DNA of 64,000 nt from the NCBI GenBank assembly GCA_039931165.1, contig JBDTSL010000001.1:66214-130213 (forward strand), read 5' to 3'. Origin of the DNA: Candidatus Doudnabacteria bacterium (GTDB taxonomy: Bacteria; Patescibacteriota; Doudnabacteria; UBA920; O2-02-FULL-48-8). The translations under genes and the position numbers were made by a program. Below the pieces are notes generated by a model. The model made no database searches. It was not told where the DNA came from and saw nothing but the letters and a program-made list of their open reading frames with translations. Positions within the stretch are counted from its first letter, which is position 1; each line of letters starts with the position of its first letter. Of this stretch, positions 19,517 through 27,323 are shown piece after piece.

Positions 19517-20316
19517 GTATTCAACATTAAATTGGTCAGCAAAAGCTTGGCGTTCGCGTTCTGGTCCAGGAATCTGCGGGCCTGGGCGACCTGCGAAATC
19601 CTGTCAGCCAAAGCTTTTCCGGCTTTGGTCTGCAAAACAGCTTGCAGCTTTACCAGCCAGGTCTCAAGCAGGTTTTTTATTTCCGGGGTTTCCATATCCG
19701 CGATCTCATAGGCGGCTATCAATTTTTCCGGAAGGGTTGAACCTATGAAGGTTCGGTAAAAATTTTCACTTGTTACGTAAGTCTCCAAAAACTCCTTGTC
19801 GTCCGCCATTTTACGCGCCAACCCCGGTTTGCCGCCGGCTTTTTCAAATTCAGGGCCCGCTACCAAGCCAAAATTAATTTTCTGCGTGCGGGAAATAATA
19901 GTTTTCGGCAGGCGATTGGAATTGCCGGTGATGAGAATGATTATCGTGGAAGGCTTTGGTTCTTCCAGACACTTAAGCAACGCGTTAGCCGCTTCTTCAT
20001 TCAGATCCTCGGCATTGTCTATCAGCGCGACTTTGTATTTCGCCTGATAGGGCAGAAGCGATAATTTATAAACCAGCTCGCGTATTTGCTCGATAACGAT
20101 TACTTTCTTATCTTCCGGACGTTCGATTATCAATAAATCGGGATGAAAGTTATTCCCGTCTGCCTGCAGCAATTCCTGCGCCAGTCTTAAGGCCACGGTT
20201 CTTTTTCCCACCGAATCGGGCCCGGCAAAAGTGTAGGCGTGGGCAAGCCTATCTCGCTTGATCGCGTTTTCGAGGAATTCAAGTTGCTTTTTGTGTCCGG
20301 AAATATCTTCAAACAT
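19513..20316 (-). CDS. holB: DNA polymerase III delta-prime subunit
   Basis: HAYTFAGPDSVGK, HPD, AANALLKCLEEP, TIISR. Confidence 0.9.
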   Translation of the reverse strand: MFEDISGHKKQLEFLENAIKRDRLAHAYTFAGPDSVGKRTVALRLAQELLQADGNNFHPDLLIIERPEDKKVIVIEQIRELVYKLSLLPYQAKYKVALIDNAEDLNEEAANALLKCLEEPKPSTIIILITGNSNRLPKTIISRTQKINFGLVAGPEFEKAGGKPGLARKMADDKEFLETYVTSENFYRTFIGSTLPEKLIAAYEIADMETPEIKNLLETWLVKLQAVLQTKAGKALADRISQVAQARRFLDQNANAKLLLTNLMLNT

Positions 20317-20403
20317 GCTCAAATTATAGCACATATGGTACTCCGACGCTTCGGTCGAAGGCCCGACTTCCTTGAATATTAATAGTAGACGTCGGGGGCG
20401 GGG

Positions 20404-20432
20404 TTGACAAGAAGGCCTGCATAGCATACTAT
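20404..20432 (+). promoter_or_regulatory. sigma70 promoter of ORFan cassette 3
   Basis: TTGACA-17 bp-TACTAT. Confidence 0.75.
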
Positions 20433-20473
20433 TACAAGTTGCACATTCCGTGCTAACTAAGGAGGAGATACGC

Positions 20474-20779
20474 TTGGCCAAAGCCAATTTCGCTATCAAT
20501 GGCAAGGAAGTGACAGTTCTCTTTCACATCCAAGATGGTAGCGACTCGGACTGTTTCTACTGTCATCTCGATGGGGCTGTCGAACAGCACGCAGTCACCG
20601 AGGAAGTTCACATGGAAGGCGTTAAGCTCAATCGAACCTCAAAACTGTACCATGAAGCTGAGACCAAGCTCAAACAGCTCATGTTCTCTGGCCGTTCGCT
20701 CCACGTGGGCAAATCCTGCGAAGACAAGTGGATCGAAGAATTTCATTCGCATCCGGGGATAATGATTAATACTCCCTAA
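20474..20779 (+). CDS. Hypothetical protein (101 aa)
   Basis: AAGGAGG SD before TTG at 20474. Confidence 0.65.
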   Translation: MAKANFAINGKEVTVLFHIQDGSDSDCFYCHLDGAVEQHAVTEEVHMEGVKLNRTSKLYHEAETKLKQLMFSGRSLHVGKSCEDKWIEEFHSHPGIMINTP

Positions 20780-20796
20780 GTTTCAGCCTCCGAATC

Positions 20797-20947
20797 CGTT
20801 AGCAAAACGGGAAAATGAGTGAATTCACTCAAGAGCAAATTGTTTTGTCAAAGCAACTGCTCAAGACTGAGTCGCTCAAGCGGTAACGCCTTATCAGCGT
20901 TCCCCCGGATACAGCTGTCGCTGTGTTCCGATTCCCGTTCGCTGACG
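20797..20947 (+). other. Multi-branch RNA structure enclosing a 23-codon ORF (20815-20886)
   Basis: CGTTAGCAAAACGGGAA pairs with TTCCCGTTCGCTGACG; three inner hairpins. Confidence 0.55.
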
Positions 20948-20964
20948 CGAACAGGAGGTGCTCC

Positions 20965-21285
20965 ATGGCCGATCAGCATCACGTCCCCGCCAACCTGAAT
21001 ATGTTCAGGATGGATCTGAGTACAGCTCGTATCATCTCCATGGAATCGTTCCATAGAAATGGTGCCGGTCCGCTCTCAGATTACTATCCGCAGGGTCGCG
21101 ACGACATCCGCTTGGTTCTCGAACCAAGCATTGTCATAGCCACTCCTTCGGAACGGGGACGCGCCCACGTTCGTACGGTTGCTCTCAGCGAAGCAATTCG
21201 CTTTGAAACCAACCGTGGACTCTCTGACTCAATCGCCTGGGTCAGGGATCCGAACGGGTTGTGGTGCCGTCTGAGGCTTCTCTAA
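20965..21285 (+). CDS. Hypothetical protein (106 aa)
   Basis: AGGAGGT SD before ATG 20965. Confidence 0.65.
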   Translation: MADQHHVPANLNMFRMDLSTARIISMESFHRNGAGPLSDYYPQGRDDIRLVLEPSIVIATPSERGRAHVRTVALSEAIRFETNRGLSDSIAWVRDPNGLWCRLRLL

Positions 21286-21339
21286 GCCCAGGCCGGCGCT
21301 TCACGCGCAAACTGACCGATTGGGCAGTCACCCGATCAC

Positions 21340-21374
21340 CCCGACAACACTCTGTGTTGTTGGGTTTTTCTTTT
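21340..21374 (+). terminator. Intrinsic terminator
   Basis: CCCGACAACAC-TCT-GTGTTGTTGGG plus TTTTTCTTTT. Confidence 0.8.
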
Positions 21375-21476
21375 GTCTGAATAAACAAAAATCAGCAAGT
21401 CTTTTCGAGTTGATCGTGCAACAGATTTGCGACGTTTCAACTGGACTTACTGATTCTTTTCTAAACGTTTAGTAGG

Positions 21477-21618
21477 CCCAGTATATCAACTTCGATAAAT
21501 GGCCGTTTCGCTTTTGCGCTTAAGTAAAATTAAACTCACAATTTTATGGTGGCAGACGATCTAGCTTTGATCGAGTCGGCCATTTGAACGCAAATGCGAT
21601 CGAAGTTGTATTACTGGG
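21477..21618. mobile_element. MITE-like element, 142 bp, flanked by TAGG direct repeats
   Basis: TIR CCCAGTATATCAACTTCGAT / ATCGAAGTTGTATTACTGGG; TAGG at 21473-76 and 21619-22. Confidence 0.6.
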
Positions 21619-21707
21619 TAGGCTTAACCTCAATCATCTTAAGATGTCCTAAAATTTGCGTCAAAAAAAATAAAAATCCGCGTAAATGCTCGGGTTTATT
21701 ATCGGAT

Positions 21708-21749
21708 AGTGGACAATGTGTGGTTAATGCGGGGAGAAGCTGTTATATT
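21708..21749. promoter_or_regulatory. Degenerate DnaA-box-like 9-mers at 11-bp spacing
   Basis: AGTGGACAA, TGTGGTTAA, CGGGGAGAA, TGTTATATT starting at 21708/19/30/41. Confidence 0.35.
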
Positions 21750-21775
21750 TAATCAATTAATTTAAATACAAACGT

Positions 21776-21799
21776 AAAAACCACCTTGCGGTGATTTTT
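21776..21799 (-). terminator. Intrinsic terminator of the candidate ncRNA
   Basis: Minus strand AAAAATCACC-GCAA-GGTGGTTTTT. Confidence 0.75.
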
Positions 21800-22008
21800 A
21801 TTGAACCGGTGTGCTGTCGGATCCGCTAACTTCACCCTTACGGATTCCATTAGCCTGGGAATTGGTCCGAGAGGTTGCCCTTGCTCGTTCTTAACCGGAG
21901 TCGTTTCTTACTCCAGCGTACCAATTCGGATTCAACAGTGCCTGATCCTTCGAGCAGCCTTTTAGAGCCGTCCGCTTGATGAGGATTGCTCCTCACCAAG
22001 ACCATGGT
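21776..22008 (-). ncRNA. Candidate structured non-coding RNA, family unassigned
   Basis: Own promoter and terminator, nested helices and three GNRA tetraloops, no plausible ORF. Confidence 0.7.
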
Positions 22009-22014
22009 GAAAGC

Positions 22015-22043
22015 ATTATAGAAATAGAAATTATTCCGGTCAA
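22015..22043 (-). promoter_or_regulatory. Near-consensus sigma70 promoter of the candidate ncRNA
   Basis: TTGACC-17 bp-TATAAT with AT-rich upstream sequence. Confidence 0.8.
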
Positions 22044-22096
22044 GCAAAATAAAAAATCTCTGAAAACCTAAGCAATCTTAATGATTTTATATAAAT

Positions 22097-22138
22097 TGTG
22101 AATAACCTGTGTCTAACCTGCGGATTATCTGTTGAAGT
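22097..22138. promoter_or_regulatory. DnaA-box-like array at 11-bp spacing
   Basis: TGTGAATAA (consensus match), TGTGTCTAA, TGCGGATTA, TGTTGAAGT at 22097/108/119/130. Confidence 0.5.
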
Positions 22139-22164
22139 AAAAAAGGCTAATCAGTTTTTAAAAT

Positions 22165-23172
22165 CTACTTGCTGGCCAAAATGCTTTTTTTATAGCTTTC
22201 CAGATTATCCAAAGCCACGCCTGTGCCTTTGACCACGCAGAGAATCGCGTCGTCGGCCACATATGCCGGAACACCAGTCGCCTGGCCGATCAATTTATCC
22301 AAATTCTTGAGCAGAGCCGTGCCGCCGGTCAGGACCATGCCTTTGTCTATGATGTCGGCAGCGAGCTCGGGCGGTGTCTCCTGGAGCACTGATCTTATGG
22401 CTTTGATAATTTCCCGCAGTTCTTCCTGGATCGCTTCCACGATCTCGTTGGTGGAAACCTGTATAGTCTTCGGCAGACCCTGGATCATGTCCCGGCCGCG
22501 GATCTCTATCGTGGTCTCTTTCTCCACCGGTAGGGCGGACCCGATCTTGATTTTTATCTCTTCGGCCGTCCTGTCTCCCACAGCCAGACCGTGTTTTTTC
22601 TTAATGTAATCCGCTATCGCCTGGTCCATTTTGTTCCCGGCCACCCGAACCGAGGTCTGGGTGACAATCCCGCCCAGCGACAAGATCGCGACGTCCGTGG
22701 TCCCTCCGCCCATATCAATGACCATGTTGCCGGACGGTGTGGCGATGTCAATGCCGGCGCCAATCGCCGCCGCCACGGTTTCTTTTATCACAAAGGCGGC
22801 TTTTGCACCCGCTGCCTGGGCCGCGTCGATCACCGCGCGCCTTTCGGTAGAGGTAATGCCGCCCGGCACCGAAATCATGACTTCCGGCCGAAAAAACCGG
22901 ACATTGCCCACGGTTTTATTTATAAAATAACGGAGCATGGCTTCGGTCACGCGGTAATCGGCGATCACTCCGTCCTTCATCGGCCTGTGCGCCACGATCG
23001 TATCGGGTGTGCGCCCGAGCATTTCTTTGGCCTCAGCTCCCACTGCCATGATCCGGTTATCAATAACCGAAATAGCCACGACTGTCGGCTCGTTGATGAC
23101 AATGCCTTTTTTGGGAACATATACCAAAGTATTGGCTGTGCCCAGATCAATTCCGATTTTTTTTAAAAACAT
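22165..23172 (-). CDS. mreB: Second MreB/Mbl-family protein
   Basis: IGIDLGTANT, IDMGGGTTD, GGTALL. Confidence 0.95.
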   Translation of the reverse strand: MFLKKIGIDLGTANTLVYVPKKGIVINEPTVVAISVIDNRIMAVGAEAKEMLGRTPDTIVAHRPMKDGVIADYRVTEAMLRYFINKTVGNVRFFRPEVMISVPGGITSTERRAVIDAAQAAGAKAAFVIKETVAAAIGAGIDIATPSGNMVIDMGGGTTDVAILSLGGIVTQTSVRVAGNKMDQAIADYIKKKHGLAVGDRTAEEIKIKIGSALPVEKETTIEIRGRDMIQGLPKTIQVSTNEIVEAIQEELREIIKAIRSVLQETPPELAADIIDKGMVLTGGTALLKNLDKLIGQATGVPAYVADDAILCVVKGTGVALDNLESYKKSILASK

Positions 23173-23177
23173 AAAAT

Positions 23178-23245
23178 TAGTAGATAGTTAGATAGTAGGT
23201 AGGGAGGTAGACATCTACGTACTACCTATCTACGTACTACTTACT
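23178..23245. repeat. Inverted heptamer array (same family as 13782-13836)
   Basis: tagatagttagatagtaggtagggaggtag-acat-ctacgtactacctatctacgtactac. Confidence 0.7.
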
Positions 23246-23247
23246 TG

Positions 23248-24498
23248 TTATTCTATTCTCTTAATCTCCGCTCCCAATTTACTTAATCTTTCTTCCAATT
23301 TCTCATACCCGCGGTCAATGTGATGGATGTCCGAAATTTCAGACTGGCCGGAAGCTGCCAACGCCGCAATGACCATGGTCATGCCCATTCGGATGTCGTA
23401 GCTTGTCATTTTAGCACCTTTCAGGGCTGTCGGGCCAATAATTTTTACCCGGTGCGGGTCCAGGATCTCGGCATTGGCCCCCATTTTTTTCAGCTGCTCT
23501 ACGTAGCCCAGGCGGTTTTCGTAAAGCCACTCATAGATCAGGGATTCGCCTGAAGCCTGTGTCGCCAGCACTGCCAGGGTCGGCATGTCATCGGACGCAA
23601 GCTTGGGATAAAGCCCGCACTGAATTTTGGCCCCGACATATTCGTCTGTGGGCGGCAAAACATGGACAAAATCCGGACCGATTTCAAAATTTACATTCAT
23701 TTTGGTAAGTTTAAGCAAAAAATCATCCATAAAATCCGGATTAAGCCCGCTGACTTTTATATCACTCTTTGTGGAGGCGGCCAGAGTGATAAAACCCGCG
23801 GCTTCGTTGGAATCGGGAATGAGGGAGATTTCCGCGCCATGTAGTTTTTTGACGCCCTCGACAACTACCGTCGTTGTTCCGATTCCTGTGATTTTCCCGC
23901 CCATCTTGTTAATGAATTCGCAAAGCTGTTGGACATGCGGCTCCATCGCTGCCAATTTGATCGTCGTTGTCCCCTCTGCCATACTTGCTGCCAAAATCGT
24001 GTTTTCGGTGGCAGTGACCGAGGATTCCTCCAAAACGATTTTATTGCCTACCAATTCCTGGGCCTGAAGCTCAATAAACCCATCCGTATGTGCGGATGCT
24101 CCGAGAGCTTCAAATGCCTTCAAATGAGCATCCACAGGCCTGCTGCCTATCAAATCCCCTCCGGGAAAAGTCATGCGGGCTTTATGTTTTCGGGCAAGCA
24201 AAGCACCCAGCAAAACAATCGAACCCCGCATTTTGGATGTGAACTCGGAGTTAAGCTCGCTTTTTTTTAAATTGCCGGCTGTAATAGAGACCGAATGATC
24301 GGAAGCTTTCACTTCTGCTCCAAGTTCTTTGATCAGCTCGAGCATTACTTCTTTGTCCTTGATTTCCGGAACATTGGTAAACCGGCAAGCTTCTTCGGTA
24401 AGAAGCGCTGCCGCAAAAAGCGGAAACACCGCGTTCTTTGAACCGGATACCTTGATTTCTCCGGTTAATTTTCTTCCGCCGTTGATAACAAATTTCAT
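23248..24498 (-). CDS. murA: UDP-N-acetylglucosamine 1-carboxyvinyltransferase (Asp at the Cys115 position)
   Basis: SGSKNA, PGGDLIGSRPVDAH, SVTATEN, HIDRGYE. Confidence 0.95.
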   Translation of the reverse strand: MKFVINGGRKLTGEIKVSGSKNAVFPLFAAALLTEEACRFTNVPEIKDKEVMLELIKELGAEVKASDHSVSITAGNLKKSELNSEFTSKMRGSIVLLGALLARKHKARMTFPGGDLIGSRPVDAHLKAFEALGASAHTDGFIELQAQELVGNKIVLEESSVTATENTILAASMAEGTTTIKLAAMEPHVQQLCEFINKMGGKITGIGTTTVVVEGVKKLHGAEISLIPDSNEAAGFITLAASTKSDIKVSGLNPDFMDDFLLKLTKMNVNFEIGPDFVHVLPPTDEYVGAKIQCGLYPKLASDDMPTLAVLATQASGESLIYEWLYENRLGYVEQLKKMGANAEILDPHRVKIIGPTALKGAKMTSYDIRMGMTMVIAALAASGQSEISDIHHIDRGYEKLEERLSKLGAEIKRIE

Positions 24499-25592
24499 AT
24501 AGTCAAGCTAAAATAATTTTCCAGTTCTTCTTTGCCGAAACCCACCAGCTCCGGCTCAGGCATGATCTCCATGCCGGTTTTTGCGTAAACTTTCTGGCGC
24601 ACGAACTTAAATAATCCGGCCACATCGGTGGCTTTGGCCTGGCCTTGATTAACTATAACCAAAGCTTGCCTCTCCCACAACCTTACCCCTCCCAAAACCT
24701 TGCCCTTGAGGCCGCAAATATCTATTAAATATGCCGTAGGGATCTTTATTCCGCCAACCTGAGGAAATTTATCTTTTATCTCGGCCAGACGGGCCGCGGT
24801 CGCCGCTGAAAAATTCTTCCTGACGTTTTCTTCCAGCAGATCGTATTGATCTTCCGTAATCAGCAAATTTTTGAAAAATGAACCTGCCGTGCCGAGTGCT
24901 GACAGATCGGGAAACTTATTTTTCCGGATCTCGATAATCGCATTCCGAATTTCCAAAAGGCCGGGGTTTGGATGAGCCACCCGCTCAAAATATTTTTTTA
25001 CGTCAAAATAAGTAAGATTCGGCAGGCCGTTTTTACTCAGCGCCAAGGTCACGCTTAGGATAGCAAAACGATTTTTCCAAACCGTATTGAAATAACTTTG
25101 CCTATAGGCGAAACCACACTGGTTCTTTGCGAAATTCATAACTTTTCCGGTTTGCACATCCAAAACCTCAACGCTTTTTATCGTTTGGGAAACCTCCTGC
25201 CCGTACGCTCCGATATTTTGGACCGGAGCAGCGCCCATACTTCCCGGAATATCGGAAAGATTTTCAATCCCCCACAAATTCATGGATATGGACCTCTCCA
25301 CTACCGCGTCCCAATTTTCCCCGGCGCCGATCTTTAGTTCTGCTCCCCCTGCGGTTTCCGTAACCTCAAAACTCTTAATATCAAGACTGATGACCAATCC
25401 GCGGAAACCTTGATCCGAAACCAGCAGGTTGCTGCCGCCGCCCAAAATAAAAACGCTAAGTTTGCCTGACTTGGCAAAATCCAAAGCAATCCTTAGCTCT
25501 GCCAAATTAGGGACAGAAACATAATATTCAGCAGGCCCGCCGATGCGGAAAGTGGTGAGTTCTGACAGCAATTTGTTGGGAATTGGATTCAT
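24495..25592 (-). CDS. murB: UDP-N-acetylmuramate dehydrogenase
   Basis: TTFRIGGPA, LGGGSN, IPGSMGAAPVQNIGAYG, AGSFFKN. Confidence 0.95.
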   Translation of the reverse strand: MNPIPNKLLSELTTFRIGGPAEYYVSVPNLAELRIALDFAKSGKLSVFILGGGSNLLVSDQGFRGLVISLDIKSFEVTETAGGAELKIGAGENWDAVVERSISMNLWGIENLSDIPGSMGAAPVQNIGAYGQEVSQTIKSVEVLDVQTGKVMNFAKNQCGFAYRQSYFNTVWKNRFAILSVTLALSKNGLPNLTYFDVKKYFERVAHPNPGLLEIRNAIIEIRKNKFPDLSALGTAGSFFKNLLITEDQYDLLEENVRKNFSAATAARLAEIKDKFPQVGGIKIPTAYLIDICGLKGKVLGGVRLWERQALVIVNQGQAKATDVAGLFKFVRQKVYAKTGMEIMPEPELVGFGKEELENYFSLTI

Positions 25593-25662
25593 AGGTCTTG
25601 TGGTATTCTAGCAAAAAGCAGCAGGCTTGAAAACGCCTCAAATCTGTAGTAAAATGATGGCT

Positions 25663-26919
25663 ATGACATTGAAATTTCGTTTTTCGCTGATTGGCTTTGG
25701 AATCATTTTATTCATGTTTATAACCCCTGTGCTGGTACTGTACGCCAGGGGGTTTCAGTTTGATTGGCATACTCATAAAATTGTAAAAACCGGGGCAATT
25801 GTTATCAAAACCGATCCTAGCGGAGCCGAGGTTTATCTTAGCGATAAAAAACAATCCGATACAACCCCGGACAGTATCCGATTTTTGCTGCCTGGGGACT
25901 ATAATCTTCGGATCGAAAAAGACGGCTATCAACCCTGGGCTAAAAGATTGACTGTCCGGGAACAATTCGTGACCAAGGCAGCCGAGGACCAAAATTTAAT
26001 AACACTGTTTTTCAAAGACCCGAAACCCGAGGAGCCTCGTGCCGCCAGCCAAATCTCGCTTTCAAAAACCGGGCAAGAAATATTTTATTTTGATGGCAAA
26101 CAAAACGCTGCCAGCATTAATACCTCAAATGGAAGCCTTACTCTCCAAGGCAACAAGGCCGACGCAAAACTTCCGTCTGTTCTGCCGGCCGCGATATTCA
26201 AATGGCAGAATGCCGCCCAATTTTTTGAACTTTTACAAAGCCGGGGCAAATGGGGACTGACCGACGAACAAATCGGCAAAGTCCAGGAGGCGGAGACCAC
26301 AGGAGCGCACAGTGCTGCTAAAATCGGGCCCGATCTGTATTCTCTGGACAATACCACTCCCGGACTTTTGGCAAAAAGTATAACCGCATTCACCCTGGAT
26401 GGCGAAAATATTTGGTATATTCAAGGAAGCGACCTTAAGCGCTTTGATTATTCCACAAACACTTCGGAAACAATCAATCAAATTGCCCCACTAGCCTCTA
26501 CCGCGAGAATTATCCGCGCGGATAATCAAATCTACGCAATTTTGGACAACAGTTTGTACGTGTTGAACGATACCTTTGAAAAAATCTACAGCCCGGTTTC
26601 TATGGCTTCTTATGACCCGGTTTCGAAACAAATGCTGTTCGGGAACAACAACGAGATTTTGATATACAAACCGGCTCAAAAAAATACTGTCCTGATCCAG
26701 CGCAGTTCAAGCGTCATAGGCAATCCGGTCCTGAATGCCGAAACCGGTTTTGTGTTTTTCCGCAATCAGGGCAAGATAAAAGCCGTCGAACTCGACGGCC
26801 GTGATCATAGAAATCTTTATACGATCGCGGACGATTTAGGAAATTTTGCAATTTCACCTGACGGCAAAACATTATACACATTCAACGATAAGCAGCTAAA
26901 AAAATATACAATTCGTTAG
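25663..26919 (+). CDS. PEGA-domain membrane-anchored protein with probable beta-propeller
   Basis: TM, YARG, T.P.GA.VY, LLPGDY.LRIEKDGY.PW.K; ELDG C-terminal motif. Confidence 0.8.
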   Translation: MTLKFRFSLIGFGIILFMFITPVLVLYARGFQFDWHTHKIVKTGAIVIKTDPSGAEVYLSDKKQSDTTPDSIRFLLPGDYNLRIEKDGYQPWAKRLTVREQFVTKAAEDQNLITLFFKDPKPEEPRAASQISLSKTGQEIFYFDGKQNAASINTSNGSLTLQGNKADAKLPSVLPAAIFKWQNAAQFFELLQSRGKWGLTDEQIGKVQEAETTGAHSAAKIGPDLYSLDNTTPGLLAKSITAFTLDGENIWYIQGSDLKRFDYSTNTSETINQIAPLASTARIIRADNQIYAILDNSLYVLNDTFEKIYSPVSMASYDPVSKQMLFGNNNEILIYKPAQKNTVLIQRSSSVIGNPVLNAETGFVFFRNQGKIKAVELDGRDHRNLYTIADDLGNFAISPDGKTLYTFNDKQLKKYTIR

Positions 26920-27323
26920 AATCCTGCCTCATCTAGCGCTTCATTGACCAACTGGTCGGCGAGCTTGTTTTTTTCGCGCGGCACGTTCCTGAATTCAACA
27001 TTTTTAATCTGGTTTTTTAACCTTATGACCTGCATCATCGGTTCCTTCAGGCTTTGTTCCCGCACTTTATATTTACCCTGTATTTGCCGGACCACCAACT
27101 CGGAATCCAAATAACAGACAACTTCTTTTGCTCCCAGCGATACTACCGCTTCTAGTCCTGCTATCAAGGCCCTGTACTCGGCCTGATTGTTGGTTGTAAA
27201 GTCGATGACGCGTCCAAAACGCTTTAATTCCTTGCCGGAATCATCATAAACCACAACGCCGATCGCGGCAGGGCCCGGATTCCCCCGAGCTCCGCCGTCC
27301 GTATAAACGATCAGTTTATTCAT
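26916..27323 (-). CDS. rnhA: Ribonuclease HI family protein
   Basis: YTDGGARGNPGPA, TNNQAEY, DSELVV, REKNKLAD. Confidence 0.93.
   Translation of the reverse strand: MNKLIVYTDGGARGNPGPAAIGVVVYDDSGKELKRFGRVIDFTTNNQAEYRALIAGLEAVVSLGAKEVVCYLDSELVVRQIQGKYKVREQSLKEPMMQVIRLKNQIKNVEFRNVPREKNKLADQLVNEALDEAGF

Noticed and set aside
20341-20398. CTCCGACG...CGTCGGGG palindromic patch between divergent promoters
   Set aside because: Probably a degenerate REP-like repeat; single short copy in the window, insufficient support.
20317-20505. Long N-terminal extension of HolB; similar extensions for lysS, proS, frr, tspO and pgk
   Set aside because: They overlap promoters or neighbouring genes; homology begins at downstream ATGs.
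21805-22008. RNase P, tmRNA or SRP RNA assignment
   Set aside because: The 3' GACAGCACACCGG only loosely resembles RNase P CR-V, CR-I is absent, and there are no tRNA-like ends or SRP helix-8 consensus.
21850-22047. 65-aa ORF from the track
   Set aside because: It starts inside the -35 element and runs through the promoter and structured RNA, with no protein motif.
21660-22160. Replication origin
   Set aside because: Gene strand bias is the same on both sides, dnaA/dnaN are absent and only one box is consensus; kept only as a DnaA-box-like observation.
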